Origin: Octopus sinensis
Taxonomy: Eukaryota
Reading direction: 5' to 3'
Assembly (NCBI RefSeq): GCF_006345805.1
Contig: NC_042998.1
Coordinates: 43,276,001-43,340,000 of the forward strand
Length of the DNA: 64,000 nt
In this document: in pieces, positions 39,627 to 52,200 of the stretch
How the letters are laid out: every line of letters begins with the position of its first letter
How positions within the stretch are numbered: position 1 is the stretch's first letter
Position numbers and translations under genes: made by a program
Notes under the pieces: generated by a model
What the model saw: only the letters and a program-made list of their open reading frames with translations
The model's database searches: none
What the model was told of the DNA's origin: nothing

Positions 39627-40269
39627 CGAGAGTTGGTGAAACATTGGTGCATGGGATCTTCATGTGCAAGCTACGAGTCATAAATTGACAAAAACTATTT
39701 TATTCTCTTCTATGTAATTGAGTACTTCAAACGGATATATATATATATATATATATACAGGTGAGCATATAAGTATTCATCACAGCTGTCCGACGAACGG
39801 GGACGTGAAAATGAGTAATAGTTCAGTGATAATTTTGCAGCTTTAATAAGTATATAATTAATATATATGACAGTAACCAAACTATGTGTTTGTGTGTGTA
39901 TGTGTGGTTGGTTGGACTGATGTGGTGGTTAGAAAAGTAGTCTTAGAATTTCAAATGTTGATGAAAGACTTGAAAGAAAAGAATGATAATGAATCCAATG
40001 TCAGGTATTCATTTAATCAGCCATAAACACAACAATAACAAAGACGCTTTGACGCTCATCTCGTCTCAAGAGAACGAGTGATGTAAAAGTTTTGGAGTTA
40101 AACGTATGTGCGAGAATGTATATCGCCAGAAATAGATGGCCTATTTACATTTTATTCAAGCATACGATGACCTTATTTGCACCTCTCCTTGTTGGCTTGT
40201 GTCTCAAATTACATACGATATTCTTTTCTGCTCTAGGCATAAGGCCCGGAATTTTTGGTGAGGGGAGCA

Positions 40270-40478
40270 GTCGACTAGATCGATCCCATTACTCTAATCA
40301 CAAAGTCCGAAATTGTTGGGAAGGGAGCTGGTCGAGCAGTAGATCGACCCAGTACGCAACTGGTACTTAATTTATCGACCCCTAAAGGATGAAAGGTAAA
40401 GTCGATCTCGGCGAAATTTGAAATCAGAACGTAATGATAGATGAAATACCATTAAGCATTTTTGCCAGCTCGCCGCCT
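40270..40478 (-). mobile_element. SINE M copy
   Basis: cgcaactggtacttaatttatcgacccctaaaggatgaaagg...gccagctcgccgcctta. Confidence 0.75.
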
Positions 40479-41250
40479 TAAATTATATACTATGTTGCAA
40501 TCGTAATTGTATGAGCCATATTACCGTCGCCCTACTTATGTGCTTAAACATATCAATTATATCTCACCAAATGGGTGAGAAATAATGAATATGTTTTGGC
40601 TCATGACTGCTAAATGTAGAATTAAGAATTTAGGACGGAGTGTTAGTTGAAAAGCTAACAAAAAAAATAAAATACTAACAAAAAAGATTAATAAGAAATT
40701 GTACAATTAAAATCAATCTATGCAGAACAAGCTCCGCCGCATATTGTACTCCATTGCAAGTAGGATGTAAATCCGGTTCGTTGGGGGCTTTAATAAAATT
40801 TAAATAGACAAAAGCGTTAATCATCGTCTCCTACCAGCTGTCTCCAGTGCAACTAATTATGTTACAGAATTTAGAGGCTCAAACATAGTCTTACACAGTG
40901 ACATCTAGTTGGTAGTTATGGTAAGTAGCAATCTTTGAACTGTTTGGTATTACGCTAAGTATTACGCTAAGTTTTTTAAACGTTCTCCGGCACGCACTGT
41001 TCTTGTACGTTTGAACTTTCAAGCGTTAGCTATCAGTGGCGGGTGTAGTGAAGGCCATGCTACTGGGACTGAGACACAGGTAGGTGGTCTCTGAATATGT
41101 AGAGTCACTCCTCATTTGAACTTCTAAGTAGTTAGAAATTAGAACGATACGACAAATAGTTTCGCCTGTTTTATGCAGAAATGGAACAAGATGAAAAAAA
41201 CATATGCTGTCTCTGATTGGTCAATTTGCATTGTATTATATCGATGTACT

Positions 41251-41563
41251 GGAGGCGCAATGGCCCAGTGGTTAGGGCCGCGGACTCGCGGTCGGAGGAT
41301 CGTGGTTTCGATTCCCAGACTGGGCGTTGTGTGTGTTTATTGAGCGAAAACACCTAAAGCTCCACGAGGCTCCGGCAGGTGGTGGTAGCAACCCCAGTTG
41401 TACTCTTTCGCCCTAACTTTCTCTACTCTTTCTTCCTGTTTCTTGAGTAATGCTACGATGGACTGGCGTCCCGTCCAGCTGAAGGAAACAAATACGCCAC
41501 AGAAACTGGGAAACCGAGCCCATGAGCCTGGCTAGGCTTGAAAAGGGTGCATAATAAAATAAA
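41251..41563 (+). mobile_element. Full-length SINE V with 13-bp target-site duplication
   Basis: A/B boxes tggcccagtggt and gtttcgattcc, poly-A-like tail; flanks atatcgatgtact / atatcgatgcact. Confidence 0.9.
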
Positions 41564-41853
41564 ATATCGATGCACTATTGCTCGATAGTCATACCTTTTC
41601 TGATGAATATCTTTTATGTGAAAGGAGTAAGTTTACTATTGCCAGCCCTCATTGCAACAGAGTTTTGGTGAAGAATAAGCACGCACTGAAGTTTCGACAT
41701 CTGCAGGAATTCCTTGATAGCACCAACAATTTGTGCAATGCATTTGGGCGCTTGAGATCACTGTACATGGCAGTTGATATAACATCTACATTTGCATTAC
41801 GTAGTTTTAGCGAAGCCATGAGCGTCAGTTTTACAGATATGGATATCGATAAG

Positions 41854-42050
41854 GTGAGGTATACTTGCCATCTCAATATGGCTAACCACTAAGGGCGGGT
41901 GTTACTGTAGCTTGTAGCCCAGGAGAACATCGTCTCCAGCTGGCTTAGTGTGCCTAAAGCCAGCTGGAGACGATGTTCTCCTGGGGCTACAAGCTACAGT
42001 AACACCCACCCTTAGTGGTTAGCCATATTGAGATGGCAAGTATACCTCAC
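41854..42050. repeat. Near-perfect 197-bp palindrome (93-bp arms, 10-nt loop) within an insert flanked by a 13-bp direct repeat
   Basis: Arms 41854-41946 and 41957-42050 differ by one mismatch and one indel; gatatcgataagg at 41842-41854 and 42097-42109. Confidence 0.95.
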
Positions 42051-42444
42051 ATTGTCGTGCAGTTACTGTTTATATCTCGTTCAGAGATTTGTTATTGATA
42101 TCGATAAGGGTTCTTTGAAAATCCTTTTCCAGAAGCTATTGTCAAAGCCAATGGATAATTTTTAAAGGTCTTTGGCTTGTGAGTGCTAGAAGGTGCTGCT
42201 GCTTGTTTCTAGATATGCTTTACACTTTAATGTTATCTTGCTTTCATATAGCTATAATAGAGCCGCATACAGTTATGCTTATAATATTTTCTCAAATGAC
42301 CAGCTTTTACTTTCCACTGATTTCAGACAGTGTAATAAATTGTATATTCTAGTTTATTTATTTATTTATTTGTTTATCAGATTTAGTTGATTTTAGACAT
42401 TTTGTAGTGTTGTAAAATAACGGCATTAAAATACGTAGCATGTA

Positions 42445-42470
42445 TGTGTTGATATCGGTTTTATTATTAT

Positions 42471-42520
<50 letters not shown>

Positions 42521-42628
42521 TACTACTACTACTACTACTACTACTACTATTATTGTTATTATTGCTATTATTATAATTATTATTTTTATTATTATTATTA
42601 TTACTATTATTATTACTATTATTATTGC

Positions 42629-42685
<57 letters not shown>

Positions 42686-42741
42686 CATTATTATTGTTTT
42701 TGATGTTGTTGTTGTTGTTATTGTTATTATTATTATTATTA

Positions 42742-42780
<39 letters not shown>
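42445..42780. repeat. Long compound (TTA)/(CTA)/(TTG) trinucleotide tract
   Basis: Visible directly. Confidence 0.95.
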
Positions 42781-42789
42781 TGTCGAACA

Positions 42790-43326
42790 GCTGTTGTCGT
42801 GTGTAGGACGGATCTGGTTACCAACCGAGTCCATTGTGAAGATCGCCCCGCCTCCTTTTCTGTCTGGTGGCTATGACGAAGGAGGTAGTTTGGTAGACGA
42901 GATTGAAAGGAATGAAGACATATACTTTCCTCTTCGGCCAAGCCCTCGTCGACTTTTTTGTAGAGAGGGAAGTTCTGCCCCCAGTAAATTTGTTGAAAAG
43001 TGGGTGAATGTGGCGAGGATGGCCCATGTAAATGGGCCTACTCTGAACATTCGCTTGTAAACCGGAGGAGTTGAGAAGGAGAGAAGAACCTACTGAGGTG
43101 CATCTGGCGGTTGGGATAACCAGAATGTGTGGAGTTCCTCGGTTGTCCCTGTGAGAAACTTTCCTTTTGTTGGGAATTATTATTATTGTTTAATTGTCTT
43201 GTTAATTGTTTTTGTTACTTATTGTATACACGACATTGTTCAACACCCCACTTGTCCTTTGTATTGTATCATCCTTAGTATTGTATCACTGTTTGATGTT
43301 CGGCCCTTGTAGCCAATAAAGACACG

Positions 43327-43393
<67 letters not shown>
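42790..43393 (+). mobile_element. LINE 3' end (L1/Tx1-like) with aataaa and (ATT)n tail
   Basis: Residual frame ...SKFVEKWVNVARMAHVNGPTLNIRL*, then a 3' UTR ending gccaataaagacacg(att)n. Clade assignment is from recall. Confidence 0.5.
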
Positions 43394-43667
43394 TTTTAAT
43401 CTGCATGTTTGTTACAATCACTCGCCGAGACACACCCAGCGTCCCGGGGCGAGTGAAGGATAAGAGATGTTATAGTATGACTGAAAGCTTGGGGAGAGGA
43501 AGTGGTAGGAGTAGTAGCAAAATATCTTCATGTTATTTAAAAACATTTAAACTGTTCTAAGGATATGGATAGTACTTTTCAGCACAATCTTTTGGATTTC
43601 TCTGAGATATTGTTCACTTGAGATATTATCTAGATGTTTCTGACATACCCCTTTTTACAATACCTAT

Positions 43668-43888
43668 TTCTGTATTGCCCACAAGGGGCCAAACATAGAG
43701 GGGACAAACAAGGACAGACGTAAGTATTAAGTCGATTACATCGACCCCAGTGCGTAACTGGTACTTAATTTATCGACCCCGAAAGGATGAAAGGCAAAGT
43801 CGACCTCGGCGGAATTTGAACTCAAGAACATAACGTCAGACGAAATACGGCTACGCATTTCGCCCGGCGTACTAACGTTTCTGCCAAG
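43668..43888 (-). mobile_element. SINE M copy
   Basis: Near-identical to 62497-62728. Confidence 0.85.
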
Positions 43889-43995
43889 GGCACCTACACT
43901 AACAGGAACAATTTTCGCTTTAAGAGGCAACATCTTTTGTATTTTATTTCTACTTCCTTTTATTTACTTAATTTGTCAGATTCCTTTACAGATAT

Positions 43996-44135
43996 ACAGG
44001 GGTTGAACAAAAGAATGGAAGCACCTTAAAATTTCAAACAAATTAATTTTAATATGGTGTAAGACCGCCTTTGGCAGTAATTATAGCTGGAATTCTACGA
44101 GGTATGGACTCGTACAAAGTTTGAATTGTTTTAAC
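43996..44135 (-). mobile_element. Terminal fragment of the Tc1 family found at 47338-48602
   Basis: ta-caggggttgaacaaaagaatggaagcacctt matches that element's terminal repeat; the following bases are the reverse complement of its 3' end. Confidence 0.8.
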
Positions 44136-44584
44136 GCTTGTTCCTGAGCTGCGCATATGAGTGCTTCTGTCTTTATCTTCAAGTCACTCCTATTTATCCA
44201 TAGCCTTCTGTCCTCTGTATCTGTCTTGGTGTTTATACCACTTGCAAACTAACCATACATTTTCTTTTCCTTCCATGCTTTTTCTTTTTTTGTTCATTTC
44301 TTGTTTAAATTTTTCTTTAGTTATACAATTTTCAGTTTTGATGATGCCAGCCTTCTTCGTATGTTTCAACAGTATTTCTACGGCATTTTTTATATACTAC
44401 CCCTAGCTGTTTTCTTCAGCTTCGGTACAGTCATGACAGCTGATGAAACCTCTCCCACCCTTTCTTCTTCTTCTTCTTCTTCTTCTTCTTCTTCTTCTTC
44501 TTCTTCTTCTTCTTCTTCTTCTTCTTCTTCTTCTTCTTCTTCTTCTTCTTCTTCTTCTTCTTCTTCTTCTTCTTCTTCTTCTTC

Positions 44585-44900
44585 TATAACAGCGGGGATG
44601 TTGTCTTGAAGATTGGTAACAACAAGTCTCTTTGAATATCAAGAATGTTTCTTAGGATTCTTGTTGAATACAGGGTACGTTTTTCTGCTGGTGGAATTAC
44701 GTATCGCAATTTCCAATTTCTTAGACAGCAGATAGAGTATTGAGTCAAGCGCATCAACCACTAGAGGAACTATTGTTAATTTTGTGTTCCTCAAACTCTT
44801 CATCTCTCTGGTTAAGTCTCTATATTTCTCATTTCTTCAATTTCGTTGATATCCACTCTGCTATCATATGTTATTGTAAAGTCTATGATTTTACTCTTTT
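44585..44900 (-). mobile_element. 3' fragment of an RLE-type (R4/Dong-like) LINE ending at a (GAA)n tract
   Basis: Minus strand IVPLVVDALDSI..LSKKLEI...TRILRNILDI resembles the vipvviGalG...arilr C-terminus of RLE LINEs; abuts (CTT)n at 44462-44584. Confidence 0.6.
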
Positions 44901-45367
44901 TTACTTCTCTTCTATGATATTCAGTCTCTGAGTTTGAATAGTAAGGTCAGTTATTACAGAGAAATCTAATAAAAACTTTTTATTGTCTTTCATCATTTCA
45001 TATTCATATCACTTATCTATTACTTTCTTAGTTTTATTTATAGAACATAAAAATATTTCGTTTAGTAACTACCCCGTTACTGTTAGCAAAATCTAGTTTG
45101 AAAATCTTAATAACGTTACTAGTTACAGAACCATGACTAAACGTAAGCGGTGGAAAAGATAAAAAGTATTTCATCGTGGTTACATAAGCGTTCCTTTTGT
45201 TTATTAACAAATTTTATCTTAAAGATAACGGTTAATTTCTTTTATATTCCTATTATAATTTCATTCGTGTGAAATTTTTATGTATGTATGTATGTATATG
45301 TGTGTATTGCGTATGTATGCATTAATGAATGTATGTTTGTATGTATGAATATATATATATATATATA

Positions 45368-45398
<31 letters not shown>

Positions 45399-45914
45399 CT
45401 GTGTGTGTGTGTGCGTGTAAGCAAATCAATCCGTCCATCTGCTGGCGATTCGTATCATGGGATCACATTTGATAGTTTCTTTTGGTTTACTTTCAATGAG
45501 TGTTTTCTTTTCTTTAGATTCCTTCATCTATCTTTGTTCTTTGCTCTTGTTAATAGCGTCATCTCCATAAGCAATCTGCAGTCTTCTGTGAATTTGGACA
45601 TTCTGAAAGACCACTCTGTCAAGAAATAAATAACGCTCCTTCTTGAAACACATGAATTGCCTGCAGTGAAGTAAAACAAGAAGAGCATCTATAGAGAAAG
45701 TGCTATTCTATAAAGATATGCAATCTGAATGATCTAGACCAGTTAATAAAAAAAAATATTATATCATTTTTGCATTACATTCGGTACTGCCTTCGTCTGT
45801 GAATGTATGTGCATGCATGTTTGTGCACAAATATATGCACACACACACACGCCACACACTACACACACGCACACACACATATGCACACACACATACGCAC
45901 ACACATACACACAA

Positions 45915-45947
<33 letters not shown>

Positions 45948-46051
45948 CAGAATCTTTGAGATTGTTTCTGTATTATAAACATTTGTATGCAGATAATAAA
46001 TTTGGTCGGGGATTTTTATTCTATTTCCAAGAGTGATTATTTTCTCAAGAA

Positions 46052-46117
46052 ATGGAATTAATCTACTGGTTCCTGGTTTCACTGAGTTTAATAGACATGG
46101 TGACGTCAAACAAACAG
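46052..46117 (+). CDS. Astacin exon 1: signal peptide [22 protein letters not shown]
   Basis: gaaATGg context, in-frame stop upstream at 46034, hydrophobic core, donor cag|gtaagt in phase 0 matching exon 2. Confidence 0.7.
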
Positions 46118-49100
46118 GTAAGTAGTAGATATACAATTTTCAATGAGAGAAAAGTGATAAATGAAGCAAGCTATTTTTTACTCTTCATAAAGAACAATTA
46201 AAAAAAATATAGTTACATACATGTATGCATGCATACATACATACATACTACATACATACATACATACATACATACATACATACATGCATACATACATACA
46301 TACAAAGGGTGGCTGAAAAGTTCTTGGCTTTGGGTAAAAGAAAATACAGGTACATCAGTTAATTATGACTTTATTCAACATATTTCCCTCTCAAATTCAC
46401 ACGCTTATTACAGCATTCGTTTAGTTTTTCTAAGCCCTGTGAAAGAACTCGGAAGGTTGAGCTTCCAGTCAGGCCTTTCGCGATACACTTAAAGTCCAGA
46501 GCTTTTCAGCACCCCGCCAAATACATACATACATACATACATACATACATACATACATACATACATACATACATACGTAGCCCAGCCCATGTTAACGTAA
46601 AACTCAAGATCAGCGAAAAAGAAAACCGCTACGCTGAACTACTGAGGCATTTGCAGTTACTCTGCTCGCATTACAAGTTTAGATTTATACCTGTAATTAT
46701 TGGGGCACTGGGATATCTAACAAACTACTTGAGACTCAATCTTGAGAAATTAGGCTTCTGAAAGCCAGAAAGGAGAAAACTGATTCGAAAACTACAAGGC
46801 AAGCCATCACTGAAACTGTAAAAATTTATAAAACTTTCCAGAAGTTTACTAATTAAGTATATATGCACGTATCTAGACGTGCAGCAAAAATACACAAATA
46901 ACTTGCCGATGTTGTATAAAATTCCAGTATTGGCAAGAAAATTTTAAATAAAACTAAATGATAATATACATACATGCATAAATGCATGCACACATATACA
47001 CATACACACACTCACGCACTAACATGTCTTAAGATAAACTTCTAAATTATTTTTGACTAAAATATTTCAAAATTTTGAGTTTAGATCTTTCGACAGATAT
47101 ATGTTTGTGCATGTGTAAGCACGCATATTTGTGCGCACGTGTGAAAGAGAGAGAGAGAGAGAGAGAGCTAGCGAGAGAGAGAGCTAGCGAGAGAGAGAGA
47201 GCTAGCGAGAGAGAGAGAGAGAGAGTATGTGTGTATGTGTGTGCGTGTGTGCGTGTGTGTGAGAGTGGTACATCATATATATAAGTACTTTTCTTTGTAT
47301 GTATGCATATATCAATAAATGCATGTGCATGTATATACAGGGGTTGGACAAAATAATGGAAACACCTAGCATCATAGTATCATAAATTTGAAATATTTAT
47401 AAAACCGTCAAAAGCTTGCTTCTTTTTATGTTTTTTGATTTATTATTAGTGTTGCTTAATATGTTTTGCTAAAATTGTTGTTTCTTTTCAGACATCATCA
47501 GAAAAAGGTAATTAAAATTCATTAAAATGACAGATCGATTGGACTTTCAAAGAGGTCAAATTGTTGGTGCTCTTATGACTGGCGCTAGCGTAACGAAAAC
47601 AGCCGAAATGTTTGGTGTATCAAGAAGTACTATCTTGAACGTAATGACGGCCTCTGAGAAAGAGGGAAAAACCTCCTTGTCAAAACAAAACTCCGGAAGA
47701 AACCAAAACTTTTAGAAAGGGACCATCGGATCCTTATGCGAATTGTTAGAAAGGATCACGAAAGTATAGCTCTCAAAATTACTACAGACCTTTATGACAA
47801 CCTCGAGAACCTCCACAAAAACTGTTCGCCGGGAGCTGCAGAAATTCGGATTTCACGGGAGGGCTGCAATCAGAAGACCACTAATTTCAAAAACAAATGT
47901 TGCAATGCATTTAGAGTGGAGTAAAAACCTGCAGAATTGGTCCCCCAGAGCAGGGTAAGAATGTTACTTCCTCGAACGAGTCCTTATTTACCTTATTTCC
48001 GACCACCGGCCGAGTATACGTGTGGAGACAGCCAAAAGAAGCATTTGACCCAGACTGCCTTCTTCCAATTGTTAAACATAGAGGAGGATCTGTAATGATC
48101 TGGAGTCTATATCTTGGAAATCCGCCGGCCCAATGGTTTCCCTTCATGGCAGAATTAATATTCAAGACTATTTAAGCATTTTATCTAATCAAATTCATCC
48201 TACGGTTGCAGAACTGTTTCCGGGGGAAAATGCAATCTTTCAGGACAATAACGCACCAACTCACACAGCTGAAGTTGTTACTCAATGGCAAGAGAACATT
48301 CTAGTGAAGTTGAAAATCTTATCTGGCCACCATAATCCAAAGATCTCTATATTATTGAATATTTATGGTGCATTTTAGAAAAACAAGTAAGGAGTCGATA
48401 CCCTTCGCCATCATCACTACAAGAGCTGGAGAGTATTTTAGTTGAAGAATGGACAAAAAATCCTTTGGAAGCAATTCAAACTTTGCACGAGTCCATAGCT
48501 CGTAGAATTTAAGCTGTAATTACTGCAAAGGCGGTCCTATCCCATATTAAAACAAATTTGTTTAAAATTTTAAGGTGCCTCCATCATTTTGTCCAATCCC
48601 TGTATTTGTGTGTATGAGTAATTGTGTGGATGCGTGTGCACTCATTTGTATTACATTTTGCATTTTTATTTTGATATCACCTTATTCTCTACTGCATTGT
48701 TATAAAGCTGAAAATACCTACTTTGTTTAGAAGGCAAGAAAATTACATAAGAGAGAAGTAAACAAACTATGGCCAAATAATACGATACTCTACCAATTCA
48801 GTCCTGAAATGAGTGAGTAAACATTTCCATTATATTTGACTCATATGATTATAGTGAAGTGGGGGAAAGTATACTTTATGAAACACTAAAAAATTAAAGT
48901 AGAGTCAAAGGAACGGTGAAAAGAATATCACAAATAGTATTTTTTGATGATTAATACTATTGTGTCTTATTCTCGGTAAATAATGGAAGTAACCTGAAAC
49001 AATTTTATGCATTATATTCTTATATATATATGTATAAGTATGTATATATATGTATGTATATATGTGTATATATGTATATAAATATGTATGTACATATGCA

Positions 49101-49130
49101 TATATATATATATGTATGTGTATATATATG

Positions 49131-49225
<95 letters not shown>

Positions 49226-52200
49226 ATAATAATAATATGAGGGAGTATTATTCCAAACTTACAGGGAAAAATTCAATTTAGAAATACTAAATCAAATTTC
49301 ACAAAATATAATATATATATATATATATATATAAATTAGAAAAAAACACCTTTTATCAATTCAAAAATTAAATTATACCATTTAGAAAAATTACATATTA
49401 CAGAAAGATAAAACATATAACAATGATTAAATAATGTGCAAAAAAGTAAATAAAACGTATATATTTGGTAGAATAACGATACGTGTTTCGTGGATATATT
49501 TTAGAAATGATAATAGTAATAATAATAATATTAGTAAAATCACTTCAATATATATATAACCACTCTTCAAGTTAAAGAAAAAAACAATAAATAATTAATT
49601 AGATAAATTAATATATATACGTAAATAATCTTGTAAAATACGAAATATCTTAAATATATTCTTGTTTAAATAAAAAGAAAAGAATAAAAAATAAGATACA
49701 ATTAATTAAAATATTTAAACGAATTTATATATATATATAAATAAAATACAAAATATACATTAAGTGAAAACTAAATACTATAGTGCTCGGTCAATCTGGT
49801 TGGGGGTGATTATTTCTATCGTGTTCAGTCTGAGGCGATGAAATGCTATCTGAAACATTAGTTTCTTCACCCTTAGGACAATTATACTTATCCAGATATT
49901 CGATGAATTCTGCATTGGGCTAATTGTCGCCACCTTATACTATTATCAATTTCCTCGGATACCATTTTCACCCAATAAATATGTATGTATGTATGTTGTT
50001 TTTAATACTACAGGGTATATTTGAGGTAGATTTACTTGATAGTTTTTTTTCCAGATCCACCGATCGAGTAAGGGATCTTCTGAAGGCTGCGTCAGTTTCG
50101 TTAAGACATACATGCATACATACATAAATATATGTGTATGTGAACGTATGTGTTTGTACCTGTGTGTTTTACCGTTTGTGCTCACATTTAAAATTACTGT
50201 ATATATACTATCTGTAATATTTACTTTTCTCTTAAAGCTAAAAGGGAAAAAGCAGCTGTCCAATATGCCTCGCACCAGTACACGTATTTATCTTGTATTC
50301 GTTTTGTTAACATGAATACATCAGATGGCAAAGCAATAAAGGCCAAAATGAAACACCAAGGATCAGTTTTGTTTAAAGGAGGAAGGTAAATGAACATTTT
50401 CTCTTCTGTTATGACATTTGAAAGCATTTCACCTGGAATATTATCTATAACACGACATATACCTATGCAGCCTACGATTGGTTTAGGCATAAGCTAAATA
50501 AGCTATAACTTAGAGTCTCAAAGGCCACAAAATAATTGAAAGGCATATCCACTTTTAATATTTGCGAAACCTTCTTATAAAATTTTTAACAAAGAGCATT
50601 GCATCTAATCAAGTTTAAATCTGATACAGAATTAATTCTATAAAACATAACATATAATATAGAACATACATACTTTAAACAATGTGTACTGTGCTAAAAT
50701 ATAAGTGGTTAATGAAGACTTTCCTGAGTGATGTGTCAATTTTTAATTGCCTCATCACTTTGATTTGCTTCATACCCATCAATTTCGTGCCTTTACTTAA
50801 GAAACGTATGTAACGAGTCATATATACATAGTTATCGACACCATTATATTGCTTCTTTCGCAACGAATTGAACTACTTCGGTTAGCAATAAAACAAAATA
50901 CAGAAAATGATCCACTGGATCCTTTGGTGAGTCAAAAATGATTTGCTGGCAGAAGCGTATATTTGCATCACAATGCACCTCTTTACAACCCAGGAAAGGA
51001 AATTCTGTACAACCTATAATCGATCGAAACCTATTCATAAACTCGACACAACCATAACACATTTCAGTTTTGCAATGCTTGTTCATTTGACAGCTTTTTT
51101 TAATAGCTTTAGTTAAGTCACTTACTGAGCATTTCCGTAGCATTGAAAATCTGTTTGGGTCTTTTACGTATGAAACCAGAATAAAAAATAGGAAAATTTT
51201 AAAGTAACAAATTTAGAATAGGTTTTTATGATTAGAATGACAGAAAGTGTCAGTTTCTATAACATTTTAGTTCATCTAAGATTGTTGCAGTTGATGTTTA
51301 GCTTCAACAGCTACAATATGACACTAGGATAAACGTAGGCGGCAAAAGAATCTTGAAAGACGAAGCCCTGACAAAACAGTGTTATAATAGGAGGAGAAAC
51401 CGAACGGGTGACGAAGGAATGAGTTATATGCATGACGGGTGGGTGCTATAGAATGTCTAACTACGTGTGGTGTGAGACCTGTTGCTGGGTGTGAAATTTT
51501 ATCGCGTAAGCGCTTACAGATAAAGGAATTTTCATCTGACGTTCTTTCTTTTTATTATTTGATGGTGGTTATTGCTGGTGCTGGTTAAAAATTCTGGAAG
51601 CAGAGGATTTATTTCCATCCATCCGACTTGTTCTGGCGGTTAAGGCTGGGTGTCTTCTTCCTAATGAAGTGTTCCTTAGTGATTCTGAAGTTGACTGCGT
51701 CCATCCCCGTTGCCAGTATACGGGTGGAGAAATCCCCGTCATATTGTTGGTGGTGTTGGAACACGGCACTGGGTGATGTGGCCTTGTGGAAATGGTCCTT
51801 CACTCTGAGGTGAAATTGTCTTCTGGCTGAATCTAAGTATGTCTCCCTGCAAAAACACGTCAGTTGGTACACCATGCGAAATTCAAAACACAACCGGACG
51901 CTGTCCGCCGGTTGTATTGTTGTGATTGGACAGTGATTTAGACAACATGTGTCCGGTGTGTTATGATGTGTGAGAGATAGTGTACAGAGAGAGACAGGGT
52001 GGGGCTGAGTGAGAGAGAGAGAGGGAGGAGAGCTATTTGTCGAGAAAAAGCAAGTTCTAAGGTGCATTCTTTGACGTTTATGGAAGTACATTGTCAGGGC
52101 TTGTGGCTTTCTTGTTTTGGAATGACTAAAGATCTTTTGATACATAGCGTGGTCGTGAAACTGGTGGAACGGAGAAGTCAAGTTTTAGTGGCATTTAACC

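Noticed and set aside
41578-41892. ORFs on both strands beside the palindrome (FSDE-like on plus, DV.S.MY-like on minus)
   Set aside because: I could not decide between a Tc1 and an RT remnant; left as unclassified degenerate sequence.
50221-50490. Minus-strand 89-aa ORF
   Set aside because: It is the antisense shadow of astacin exon 3.
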